DNA of 43,506 bases from a virus (lineage: Duplodnaviria; Caudoviricetes). Under the pieces are notes generated by a model, which saw only the letters and a program-made list of their open reading frames with translations, searched no databases and was not told the origin of the DNA. Numbering within the stretch: the stretch's first letter is position 1; each line of letters starts with the position of its first letter. Made by a program: the position numbers and the translations under genes. This document shows, piece after piece, positions 9,912 to 18,108 of the stretch. The stretch is taken from positions 1 to 43,506 of the IMG/VR virus record IMGVR_UViG_3300033485_000037. One strand, written 5' to 3'.

Positions 9912-9954
9912 TCCAAATGATGCCGATTAGAATTCCCACCAATATGGCTTGCAT
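9844..9954 (-). CDS. Small antisense membrane peptide, 36 aa (superinfection-exclusion candidate)
   Basis: MQAILVGILIGIIWIIVQSVASYGQYSGKRKRPPDP; one TM segment plus basic tail; own promoter directly upstream. Confidence 0.6.
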   Translation of the reverse strand: MQAILVGILIGIIWIIVQSVASYGQYSGKRKRPPDP

Positions 9955-9961
9955 TCCTTCA

Positions 9962-9991
9962 ATTCTAAATCCGCAGACATAGGAGTGTCAA
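9962..9991 (-). promoter_or_regulatory. Sigma70-type promoter, leaderless
   Basis: TTGACA (9991-9986), 18 nt, TAGAAT (9967-9962), 7 nt, ATG 9954. Confidence 0.65.
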
Positions 9992-9992
9992 C

Positions 9993-10061
9993 ATGAAACG
10001 ATTTCTCGGCCTGCTTGCACTGGTCCTGGCGGTAGCCTGCCCGATGATGGAGTTCAAATGA
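9993..10061 (+). CDS. Signal-peptide-like mini ORF, 22 aa
   Basis: AGGAG RBS; MKRFLGLLALVLAVACPMMEFK; ATGA overlap with the next gene. Confidence 0.5.
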   Translation: MKRFLGLLALVLAVACPMMEFK

Positions 10062-10519
10062 CCGCACTAACCGGGACAATCAAGCGTCCGGACGGTACGA
10101 CGCTCACCGGAACGATCAAGATCACTCTTTCTCATCCGGCGCATGACGTAGCAGGCGGCATAGTCAATCCGATCACCAAGACCATCACGGTTACCAACGG
10201 CGCCCTGGTGGGCAGCCCCACGGTTCTAGGCAATGACGTGCTTGAACCGGCGAACACTTATTACTGGGTCGAATATTTTAACAGCAAAGGAACTAAAGTC
10301 ATGGTGAATCCATTCTATATTACCGGAGCCAGTTACGACCTGGGAAGCGCTCGTCCGACCACGATCACCACTTCCAATATTTCCTATGCGGACCCGGTTA
10401 TAAAATCTGAAATGGCGTCTATCGCAGAACACGCGGATAACGCGGCGGCGGTTGCAGCTGGCCTTGTGGCCGGAGACTTATACAGAACAGGAGATGCCCT
10501 GAAAGTAGTGCATTCATAG
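10058..10519 (+). CDS. Short tail fibre/adaptor protein, paralog of the tailspike N-terminus
   Basis: First ~110 aa align with the next ORF (LTGTIK, GNDVL.P.NTYYWV.Y, YDLGSA.PTT). Confidence 0.7.
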   Translation: MTALTGTIKRPDGTTLTGTIKITLSHPAHDVAGGIVNPITKTITVTNGALVGSPTVLGNDVLEPANTYYWVEYFNSKGTKVMVNPFYITGASYDLGSARPTTITTSNISYADPVIKSEMASIAEHADNAAAVAAGLVAGDLYRTGDALKVVHS

Positions 10520-10529
10520 AGGGTATATT

Positions 10530-12152
10530 ATGACTACGCTCACAGGTACAATCAAGAATTTCGATGGTGCGCTCTTTACGGGACATATGCGGCTTACGCT
10601 CTCCAATCCCGCATATGATCCTGTAAACAACTACGTCATACTCCCTCAACCCGTTACATTCGTTGTGACATCAGGTGCGCCGATAGCCGCGTCAATAGTA
10701 GGTAACGATGTCCTCCTGCCCGAGAACACCTACTATTGGGTTCAGTACATAAACGCCTCAGGAGCAATAGTCATGGAAAATCCAATGTATATTAGCGGCA
10801 GCACATACGATCTCGGCAGCGCCAAGCCGACCACTGTGACTACGGGCAATATTGCCTATGTTGACGTAGCTACGCAAGGGGACTTGCGGGAATTAGTCAC
10901 CAACGTGAAAGACTCGTTATATGGCGCGATCGGCAACGGGATAGCGAATGATACCGCTGCGCTCCAGACGGCCAACGACGCCGCCAGCGCCGCTGGCGGG
11001 ACCCTATACTTTCCTACCGGCACATATAACATTACTTCCGATCTCTACATAACCTGCAATGTGATAGCCGGACCCGGAGCCACGATCAGGGCAGTGGGCA
11101 CTTCCTTTACCAATGGCGCGGTGATTATCCAGGCCAACAAAACCCCTGGAACAACCGCGATTTTGAGCTTCAAGCACATCGATCTGCCCAAAGTAATAAA
11201 CAGCGAATATGCCGGAGGGGCGTGGGGCAGCTACAAAAAAGGAATCATCTGCAACAACCTCAATGTGTGCAAAATAAACGTCCCGTACAGCTACGGCTTC
11301 TCTGTTGGGCTGGACGTTATCTCATACGGAGGGGTGGCTGGCACGGCATATTCTGTCTTTAACTTGGGCTACATCATGGATTGCGACTATCCCCTAAAAC
11401 TTCAACCGAGCAATGCTACCGGATACGTCAACGAAAATACGTTCATAGCCGGGAAACTGGGGCTTAATAGCGGATCTGCGGCTGGGGCGGCAACGCTGGC
11501 GCTGTTGCCTTTTGCCGGAGGCAACAACGGGCCAAATTCAAATAAGTTCTATAGTCCCTGCGTGGAGGGTGATTCTGCGGGGGCGTATGCGCCCGTTTAT
11601 CACATTATCGTGGGCGGCTCTTACAATGAATTTTATGGCGTTAGGTGGGAAATCGGTGGAGGCACTGGCAGGATACGCTTCAATGGCGCCGATCCCAATT
11701 ATGCCATATTCAACCTGTTTATCGGCAGCTACGCATCCTCAACGCCTGTTATCAGCTATGAAGGCACTTGGGCATGGGCGTACGGCAATCGCTTTATCGG
11801 GTGGGGTTCGAGCATCGACAAGATCAGCACCACGGGTCAATTCTTCCAGAATCCCAATGGTGGAACTGATCCTATTTTCAGATTTTTTAATTCAAGCAAA
11901 GACGTACTTATCGCTGTTCTTGGAGACACCGATTGGGTCACGGAAATTGATTCAAGCGGATTGATAAACACCAAGGGAATAATGACCACATCGAATATTT
12001 ATCCAATCGCAAATGACACGCATTATCTCGGCAAAAATTCTATCAGTACTCCTTTGGCGTGGAAGGGGCTTGTCGTTAAAGACACGACCAACGGCAATTA
12101 TTACAGAGTAGAAGTGATCAGTGGCGTATTGACAGCCACGCAAATAACCTAA
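10530..12152 (+). CDS. Tailspike with pectate-lyase-like beta-helix
   Basis: 'NVKDSLYGAIGNGIANDTAALQ...GGTLYFPTGTY' Pectate_lyase_3-type start. Confidence 0.8.
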   Translation: MTTLTGTIKNFDGALFTGHMRLTLSNPAYDPVNNYVILPQPVTFVVTSGAPIAASIVGNDVLLPENTYYWVQYINASGAIVMENPMYISGSTYDLGSAKPTTVTTGNIAYVDVATQGDLRELVTNVKDSLYGAIGNGIANDTAALQTANDAASAAGGTLYFPTGTYNITSDLYITCNVIAGPGATIRAVGTSFTNGAVIIQANKTPGTTAILSFKHIDLPKVINSEYAGGAWGSYKKGIICNNLNVCKINVPYSYGFSVGLDVISYGGVAGTAYSVFNLGYIMDCDYPLKLQPSNATGYVNENTFIAGKLGLNSGSAAGAATLALLPFAGGNNGPNSNKFYSPCVEGDSAGAYAPVYHIIVGGSYNEFYGVRWEIGGGTGRIRFNGADPNYAIFNLFIGSYASSTPVISYEGTWAWAYGNRFIGWGSSIDKISTTGQFFQNPNGGTDPIFRFFNSSKDVLIAVLGDTDWVTEIDSSGLINTKGIMTTSNIYPIANDTHYLGKNSISTPLAWKGLVVKDTTNGNYYRVEVISGVLTATQIT

Positions 12153-12188
12153 CAATGAACCATTCATCAACCTACCAACGGATTTTAT

Positions 12189-12554
12189 ATGACACAAATA
12201 GTGCAAATGATAGTAGCTGGTGTGGCGCTGGCGGGCGTAGTGGGGTCACTAATGGGGGTATGGTGGAAAGTAAGCTCTGACAACAAGATCATCAAGCGCG
12301 ATCTGCTTGAGCATGACAGGCAGATCGTCATACTTACCACGACCAAGGCAGAAGCAGCGGACTTGATCAAGCTTACAGAACTGGTAGCTAAGATCGAACA
12401 GAGCCTTGCCGGACACGCTTTGGACACATACAAGCACAGGACTCACGACTTTGAAGCGCGGCTGGAAAACTGGTTCAAAGCCGTGGAGCAATGGGCAAAC
12501 GAGAACCGTAGTGAACACACTGAAATCAAGCAAATGATCAAAGACAGCAAATGA
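12189..12554 (+). CDS. Membrane-anchored coiled-coil protein (lysis cassette)
   Basis: N-terminal TM helix followed by coiled coil. Confidence 0.55.
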   Translation: MTQIVQMIVAGVALAGVVGSLMGVWWKVSSDNKIIKRDLLEHDRQIVILTTTKAEAADLIKLTELVAKIEQSLAGHALDTYKHRTHDFEARLENWFKAVEQWANENRSEHTEIKQMIKDSK

Positions 12555-12958
12555 TTCTTGAACTCATCCGCAAATGGTTCTCCGACAATTCGACCATAGG
12601 GGAATTGTTCGTTGACGGCGAGTGGTTCTGTTTCAGCTTGGAAGATGTGGTTCGGGATGGCATCAAGGTTCAGGGAGAAACAGCTATCCCCACAGGAGTC
12701 TATTCCGTCATCATCAACTACTCGCTGCGCTTCAAGCGCGATATGCCGCTGCTGCTTAATGTGCCGGACTTCTCCGGCATTAGGATTCACGCAGGAAATA
12801 CCGATGAGGACACAGAGGGCTGCATCCTGGTTGGACAGGAGCGCGGTGTTGATAGGATCATGAAAAGCAAGGCGGCGTACAATGCCCTATTCGCCAAATT
12901 GAAAGCGGCGGAAGAAGAAATCACCATTACAATTTCAAATTACGTGAGGCCGATATGA
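12551..12958 (+). CDS. DUF5675 family protein, putative endolysin
   Basis: 'STIGEL..FCFSLED..TAIPTGVY..IRIHAGNT..DTEGCILVG'. Confidence 0.8.
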   Translation: MILELIRKWFSDNSTIGELFVDGEWFCFSLEDVVRDGIKVQGETAIPTGVYSVIINYSLRFKRDMPLLLNVPDFSGIRIHAGNTDEDTEGCILVGQERGVDRIMKSKAAYNALFAKLKAAEEEITITISNYVRPI

Positions 12959-13203
12959 AATGGACAAGAGGTTGGGACACTAAAGCCTGCCTGTGGTCCG
13001 GCATGGTTATCTTCATGTTTTTGACAATAGGGCTGGCAATCCTCAAGGTTGACAAGGAATTTGTAATGGCATCATTCGGTCTTACGGGGCAACTGGTTGC
13101 TGCCCTGATGACCTACGTTAATTCAATGAAATCTCTCATCACCAAAGAGGCGGGAACAAATGAAACAAAACCTAATAACACTGGCACTCCTGCTGCTCCT
13201 TAG
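12955..13203 (+). CDS. Putative holin
   Basis: 82 aa with two hydrophobic segments next to the lysin candidate. Confidence 0.5.
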   Translation: MKWTRGWDTKACLWSGMVIFMFLTIGLAILKVDKEFVMASFGLTGQLVAALMTYVNSMKSLITKEAGTNETKPNNTGTPAAP

Positions 13204-13507
13204 CGGCGGGTGCGCTAAATCCATCCATCCCGGCAGCATTGATGCCGTGGATAGCAAAACTTACGACACATTACTGGTGGCTCAGTCGGTCTTGGACAAC
13301 GCCAAGATCGCCATAAAGCAAGGCAAGCTGCCCGAATCCGCCAAGCCCACAGTCAACCGCATGGGCGAGGCTTACACCCTGCTGCGCGACCTGTGGCTGG
13401 AATACAGGGCCAATCCAAGCGCTGCCGTTGAGCAGAAGATCATAGCAGCCACATTACAGGTTAATCGGTTCATCCTTGACCTGCGGGGAATGGGGGTGAC
13501 TCAATGA
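13160..13507 (+). CDS. Lipoprotein, spanin-like
   Basis: MKQNLITLALLLLLSGGC lipobox-like signal. Confidence 0.6.
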   Translation: MKQNLITLALLLLLSGGCAKSIHPGSIDAVDSKTYDTLLVAQSVLDNAKIAIKQGKLPESAKPTVNRMGEAYTLLRDLWLEYRANPSAAVEQKIIAATLQVNRFILDLRGMGVTQ

Positions 13508-13695
13508 CAAGCCTGATAATCCTGATAATTCAGACGGGGTTGCAGATCCTAAATCAGCAACTGGGTGGCGCTCCCAAGATCACCAATGCGGAGGCTTTGA
13601 TCGACATCGTGGCTAAAGCAAAAGCGGCATACGAGATTGAAATCGGCGCTCCATTGGATGTTGAAAAGATCAAGCCGTTTGAGCCGATTAACTAA
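13504..13695 (+). CDS. Hypothetical protein
   Basis: ATGA-coupled, hydrophobic N-terminus, last gene of the late operon. Confidence 0.55.
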   Translation: MTSLIILIIQTGLQILNQQLGGAPKITNAEALIDIVAKAKAAYEIEIGAPLDVEKIKPFEPIN

Positions 13696-13779
13696 TCTCC
13701 GCTTTTAATTCCAGCCCTCATGGCATAGACGTTTAGATCAACGACCTTCGCCGCGTGGGGGGAAGAAGCGCGCGGCCGC

Positions 13780-14019
13780 TCAAGCACGACGCAATTTACG
13801 CTCCGGACTATTTTGAGGGAGCGTGCTGATTTTCCCCGCAAGATAATCCCGCTCCTCCTGGGTAATGACTTTCAAGGGAGTCAATCCAAGTGCCTCCCTT
13901 ATCACATCGCCCAAGGGGGCATAACCTAAAGTGCGCTCTTTGGCCTTCGCGTGAACAGTCATTATCTTCTGGTATTCATCTTCTGGGAGCCGGAATCCTA
14001 TCTGCCGTGTTTTTGCCAT
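13780..14019 (-). CDS. Ribbon-helix-helix-like regulator (repressor position)
   Basis: MAKTRQIGFRLPEDEY strand-helix pattern; divergent from the HTH gene; ATG 14019 lies 6 nt after a TATGAT -10-like box. Confidence 0.6.
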   Translation of the reverse strand: MAKTRQIGFRLPEDEYQKIMTVHAKAKERTLGYAPLGDVIREALGLTPLKVITQEERDYLAGKISTLPQNSPERKLRRA

Positions 14020-14065
14020 ACGCAAATCATATGCCAACTATTTTACCGTTTATATGCTTTTTCTA

Positions 14066-14093
14066 TTGACTTCTATGAATACATGTCCATAAT
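14066..14093 (+). promoter_or_regulatory. Early rightward promoter, leaderless
   Basis: TTGACT, 16 nt, CATAAT, 6 nt, ATG 14100. Confidence 0.55.
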
Positions 14094-14099
14094 GAAACC

Positions 14100-14333
14100 A
14101 TGAATATGTTGAAACCATTCGCAAACGCTCTTAACCAGTACAGGCTGACGAGAGAATGGACTTTCAAGCAGCTTGCCGTTGCCACTGGAATTCCTCTTTC
14201 GACGCTTCACAGCATCATTAAACGCGGTCAGGAGCCTAGCGAACTGACCAGGCAGAAACTTTGTAAAAGACTGCCCGGTCTGTGCGATGGGGAGCAGTTA
14301 GCAGCAACCGATCGGCACTCTGAAAGCTGCTGA
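14100..14333 (+). CDS. XRE/Cro-like helix-turn-helix regulator
   Basis: 'WTFKQLAVATGIPLSTLHSIIKRGQEPS'. Confidence 0.8.
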   Translation: MNMLKPFANALNQYRLTREWTFKQLAVATGIPLSTLHSIIKRGQEPSELTRQKLCKRLPGLCDGEQLAATDRHSESC

Positions 14334-14379
14334 GTTTGTGCCGTAAAGCTCCCGGTATCACCTCCGCAAGGAGGGCAGC

Positions 14380-14568
14380 ATGGACAAGAAATCGGAAACA
14401 GTAAGCATTCGTGTCACGCCTGAAGAAAAGGAGCGTGTCGTGAACCTCGCCGAGCAAGAACAGCGCAAAGTAAGCGATACGCTCCACAGGTTAATCTTTG
14501 CAGGTCAACACAGTCAAGATTTGCTTAGTTTAGCAGGTAAACATTGCAAACAGAGGCGAACGGCATGA
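14380..14568 (+). CDS. Ribbon-helix-helix DNA-binding protein
   Basis: 'KSETVSIRVTPEEKERVVNLAEQEQRKVSD'; GGAGG RBS inside a CCTCC-GCAA-GGAGG hairpin. Confidence 0.7.
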   Translation: MDKKSETVSIRVTPEEKERVVNLAEQEQRKVSDTLHRLIFAGQHSQDLLSLAGKHCKQRRTA

Positions 14569-14726
14569 CTCCCCTTGACGAAAATCCAATCTATGAGCAG
14601 CAGCAAGCGGCAAGACAAAGGATAGCGGAGGCCGAGCAAGACCGGCGCTATTTCTGGCTGATGCTGGCGGTGCTCGCTGGCGTTCTGGCTATTGGCATTT
14701 TGATAGGGCACTACTGGGGAGGCTGA
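14565..14726 (+). CDS. Small membrane protein
   Basis: C-terminal TM helix, ATGA coupling. Confidence 0.55.
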   Translation: MTPLDENPIYEQQQAARQRIAEAEQDRRYFWLMLAVLAGVLAIGILIGHYWGG

Positions 14727-14727
14727 C

Positions 14728-14886
14728 ATGGCATTTTTGTGGGATCTGACGGAGTACAAGCCGCGCAATAAGCCCTACCTTGAGGAGTCCATTAATCCCT
14801 TCACCCGTGGCTTCCTCTACCTGGGGCTCATGGTTATGGGCTTCGTGTTTGCGGCGGGGCTCTGGCAGATATGGAAGTGGCTATGA
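14728..14886 (+). CDS. Small membrane protein, 52 aa (not in ORF track)
   Basis: GGAGG RBS; MAFLWDLTEY...GFLYLGLMVMGFVFAAGLWQIWKWL. Confidence 0.55.
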   Translation: MAFLWDLTEYKPRNKPYLEESINPFTRGFLYLGLMVMGFVFAAGLWQIWKWL

Positions 14887-15077
14887 AATCCGATAACGGC
14901 GCGCAACTTGGCCGCTACGAGCCTCCGAGCGTGAAATGTGATGGCTGCGGGGTAGTTGATGGCTGCGATTGCAACAAGTCGAATTGCCCGAATTGCAACC
15001 GCCGATGCTATGCGGCGGCGGGAGTCAGCGAGTTCGTCTGCATGTTCTGCGGCGAGATATTTTGGGATGAATCATGA
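14883..15077 (+). CDS. Cys-rich zinc-binding protein
   Basis: Multiple CxxC motifs. Confidence 0.55.
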   Translation: MKSDNGAQLGRYEPPSVKCDGCGVVDGCDCNKSNCPNCNRRCYAAAGVSEFVCMFCGEIFWDES

Positions 15078-15661
15078 AGATTTTAATTGCCTGTGAGTTC
15101 AGTGGAACTGTACGTGAAGCGTTCAGAAAGCGCGGCCATGTAGCATGGTCATGCGATCTTTTGCCCGCCGAAGATAATAGCTATTACCACATCAAGGGGG
15201 ATGTGCGGGATTACCTGACGGCTGATTGGGACATGATGGTTGCCCACCCTCCCTGCACCGATCTTGCTGTGAGTGGCGCACGTTATTTCGCGGAAAAGCG
15301 CAAGGATGGCAGGCAGCAGTCGGCGATAGACTTCTTTATGGATTTGGCCCACGCACCGATCGAGTTGATCTGCATAGAGAATCCCGTGGGAATAATGTCC
15401 ACCGTTTATCGCAAGCCGGATCAGATAATTCAGCCGTGGATGTTTGGCCACGCAGAGAGCAAGGCAACCTGCCTGTGGCTCAAGGGACTGCCCGTATTGC
15501 AAGCGACGAATATCATACCCGTACCGGAATCTGGTAGGTGGAGCAATCAGACTCCCAGTGGTCAGAATAAACTCGGACCATCACCGGACAGGTGGAAGAA
15601 GCGATCAAAAACCTATCAGGGTGTGGCGGATGCCATGGCAGAAACATGGGGATGTTTATGA
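15074..15661 (+). CDS. Short DNA cytosine methyltransferase-like protein
   Basis: 'ILIACEFSG..SCDLLP..AHPPCT..IENPV', common phage short C5-MTase type. Confidence 0.7.
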   Translation: MKILIACEFSGTVREAFRKRGHVAWSCDLLPAEDNSYYHIKGDVRDYLTADWDMMVAHPPCTDLAVSGARYFAEKRKDGRQQSAIDFFMDLAHAPIELICIENPVGIMSTVYRKPDQIIQPWMFGHAESKATCLWLKGLPVLQATNIIPVPESGRWSNQTPSGQNKLGPSPDRWKKRSKTYQGVADAMAETWGCL

Positions 15662-15871
15662 CCTTAACAACCTTGCCCATCGGATGTATCCGAGTTTTAA
15701 CTCGGCGTTCGGTTACGGTGTACGACGTAGCCTGTGGCCACAGATGGGCAGACCTCACCGGCAACGCAGCGGTTCTGCAGGTAACCGGCGCATCACGGTA
15801 AAGTCTCAACGGAGTCTGCTCGTTTCACTAGCTTGAGCGGGGGATGCGACCCGCTCAGTAAGAAGGCAATT

Positions 15872-16078
15872 ATGCCCACGTGTAATCATAACCACCAACT
15901 TATCGCCTACAGCATCGGGAGAGAGCGATGCCCGTTATGCGCGGCCCTGGCAGAGATTGAGAGCTACCGCAAGCTCGAAGGCGAGGCGTTTAAGGCTACA
16001 CTCGAAGATCGAATTGCGGTTGAGTCTGCGGTGAGCGAGATCAAGCACGTGAAATTCAACGGCATTCAACCCTCGTAG
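15872..16078 (+). CDS. Hypothetical protein
   Basis: CxxC-containing small ORF in the early operon. Confidence 0.45.
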   Translation: MPTCNHNHQLIAYSIGRERCPLCAALAEIESYRKLEGEAFKATLEDRIAVESAVSEIKHVKFNGIQPS

Positions 16079-16085
16079 AGGCAAT

Positions 16086-16253
16086 ATGAAATTTCTTATT
16101 GATTTTTTCTCCCGCATCTTTAGTCCCAAGCGCAAGCGTGCTGCCTACGGGCGAAAGAGGCAGAAGTGTACCCGTTGCGGGAAAACCATCACCGTGCTGC
16201 TTAGAGGTGGCCTTCATCGTCATAAGTGCCTAGACGTGGGAGAGGGTGTTTAA
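16086..16253 (+). CDS. Small basic zinc-binding protein (not in ORF track)
   Basis: GAGG RBS; CTRCG...HRHKC. Confidence 0.45.
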   Translation: MKFLIDFFSRIFSPKRKRAAYGRKRQKCTRCGKTITVLLRGGLHRHKCLDVGEGV

Positions 16254-16322
16254 ATGATCCAGCTTGATCGCGCAACGCACATCTACACTGATAGGACCAT
16301 TATTAAAGGGAGGTTCTCGTGA
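16254..16322 (+). pseudogene. Orphaned N-terminal fragment of the exonuclease gene
   Basis: MIQLDRATHIYT... resembles 'VEFNSEKHQYK' at the start of 16861..17439; cut off by the HNH gene. Confidence 0.5.
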
Positions 16323-16870
16323 AATTAAGAATCGACAGATTTCCCGACATCAAGCGGGGCGATGGAGTATGCGAATGCGGATGCGGTCAAAATACAAATA
16401 TCAGGCAGTCAACGGATACATACAACGGATATGTAGCCGGTCAATATTATCGCTATGTTGCCGGTCACAGCGGACGAAGAAAGCATTTATATAGAGTCGA
16501 TCCCATAACGGGCTGCTGGTTGTGGCTTGGACACATCAGAAAGAACGGATATCCAAGTTCGCTCAAGCTCAATGGGAAAATGGAATCAGCGCATAGATAT
16601 TATTACATAATTAGCAAGGGCCAAATCCCCCTCGGGATGCAAATAGACCATCTTTGCGGCAACCGTGCATGTATAAATCCAGAACACCTTGAATCGGTCA
16701 CCCCTGCAGAAAATTCAAGACGATCCAGATCTACAAGACTATCAAAACAGCAAGTTCTGGAAATTCGGAAAGAACTAACTTCGGGGAAATTACATAAAGA
16801 AATAGCTCGTCAATTTTCGACAACTCGCAGAAATATTTCAAGTATCGCTACGAATAAATCATGGGCATAG
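16319..16870 (+). CDS. HNH homing endonuclease
   Basis: 'GCWLWLG..AHRYYY..IDHLCGNRACINPEHLESVTPAEN' plus C-terminal HTH. Confidence 0.9.
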   Translation: MKLRIDRFPDIKRGDGVCECGCGQNTNIRQSTDTYNGYVAGQYYRYVAGHSGRRKHLYRVDPITGCWLWLGHIRKNGYPSSLKLNGKMESAHRYYYIISKGQIPLGMQIDHLCGNRACINPEHLESVTPAENSRRSRSTRLSKQQVLEIRKELTSGKLHKEIARQFSTTRRNISSIATNKSWA

Positions 16871-17439
16871 GAAACGCAGTCGAATTTAATTCGGAAAAAC
16901 ATCAGTACAAAGCATCTGGAATCCTATTGCCTTCGGTTACGGAAATCTTGAAAGGTGCTGGATTGATTGATGCAACATTTTATACAGAAGAATCCAAGGT
17001 TAGGGGTTCCTATGTGCACAAAGCCTGCGAGTACTACGACCAGGGCGATCTTGATGAAGACTCCCTTGATCCGCAGATTGCCGGATACCTTCAAGCCTAT
17101 AAAAAATGGAAGGCGACCTTTGGCTACGAGTTCACTTGGATCGAGATGCCTATGCAGGATAAAACCGGAGTCTATGCCGGGACTTCCGACCGCATCATAG
17201 AGCGGCGGCCACGGCAGATATGGGACATCAAATCAGGCCCGTATCAGAAGTGGCACAGAGTGCAGAGCGCAGCATATGTGAACATGCTGGACGATCCGTT
17301 TTCCTATACACGATTGGGCTTGTACCTGCAATCAAGTGGGAAGTTCACTGTCCGTGAATTTCCCAAGACCGACTACATGGCGGACCTGGCAATTTTTCAA
17401 AGCGCCTTAAATATCTACTATTGGAAGGAGCAAAAATAA
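16861..17439 (+). CDS. PD-(D/E)XK exonuclease
   Basis: 'PSVTEIL..RGSYVH..YAGTSDRI..WDIKSG..QSAAY'. Confidence 0.8.
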   Translation: MGIGNAVEFNSEKHQYKASGILLPSVTEILKGAGLIDATFYTEESKVRGSYVHKACEYYDQGDLDEDSLDPQIAGYLQAYKKWKATFGYEFTWIEMPMQDKTGVYAGTSDRIIERRPRQIWDIKSGPYQKWHRVQSAAYVNMLDDPFSYTRLGLYLQSSGKFTVREFPKTDYMADLAIFQSALNIYYWKEQK

Positions 17440-18107
17440 TGGCGGCGGAACTAAAGGAAATAGAACTAGAACAGCAGGCTTTGACGGTTGCCGATGAAGC
17501 CAGGGCAATCACCGTCAGGGATCAGGCATCGTATGATCTGGCCGCACAAAAACTCCTCGGAGTCAGGGAGCTGATAAAGCAAATCAACGATACATTCGAC
17601 CCCGATATCAAGCGATGGCATGAAGGCCACAAGTCCGCCCTTGCCACAAAAAAGAAAGTTCTGGGCGATCTCCCGGCGGCGGATGGAATTCTCGTGCTCC
17701 TCATTGCCAAGTGGGAAATGGAGCAGAGGCGGATTCGAGAGGAAGCCGATCGCAAGGCATTGGAAGAGGCCAGGAAACGAGAAGAGGAAGCGCGGCTGGC
17801 CTTGGCGGTAGAAGCGAAAAAGCAGGGTGCGACAGAAGAAACCGTGCAGGAAATCGTCAACACGCCAATGCCCATACAAGTGACACCCACGGCCCCATCG
17901 TTCCAGAGGGCAGTCGGAATTGGAGCAAGCCGCAAGCCCGTCTACCGCTGGCGCGTGATTAACGAATCAGTCATCCCGCGTGAATACCTGTCATTGAATG
18001 AAGTCAAGATCAACGGCGTTGTCCGTGCAATGGGCGCGACCGCGAAAATTGCCGGAATCGAAGTGTACGAGGATATCCCGACCATTTCAGTCAGGGGAAG
18101 GAACTAA
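17439..18107 (+). CDS. Coiled-coil protein of the recombination module
   Basis: Between exonuclease and annealing protein; C-terminal 'IPREYL..NEVKI..IAGIEVYE'. Confidence 0.6.
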   Translation: MAAELKEIELEQQALTVADEARAITVRDQASYDLAAQKLLGVRELIKQINDTFDPDIKRWHEGHKSALATKKKVLGDLPAADGILVLLIAKWEMEQRRIREEADRKALEEARKREEEARLALAVEAKKQGATEETVQEIVNTPMPIQVTPTAPSFQRAVGIGASRKPVYRWRVINESVIPREYLSLNEVKINGVVRAMGATAKIAGIEVYEDIPTISVRGRN

Positions 18108-18108
18108 T

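Noticed and set aside
10058-10870. Diversity-generating retroelement TR/VR pair
   Set aside because: Similarity is protein-level and N-terminal, not adenine-specific, and no reverse transcriptase is encoded.
13692-13787. Small minus-strand ORF ending AKVVDLNVYAMRAGIKSGD
   Set aside because: About 31 codons with a poorly spaced RBS; cannot be distinguished from chance.
16861-17439. Cas4 / CRISPR adaptation gene
   Set aside because: Lacks the four-Cys Fe-S motif and sits in an exonuclease-annealase recombination module.
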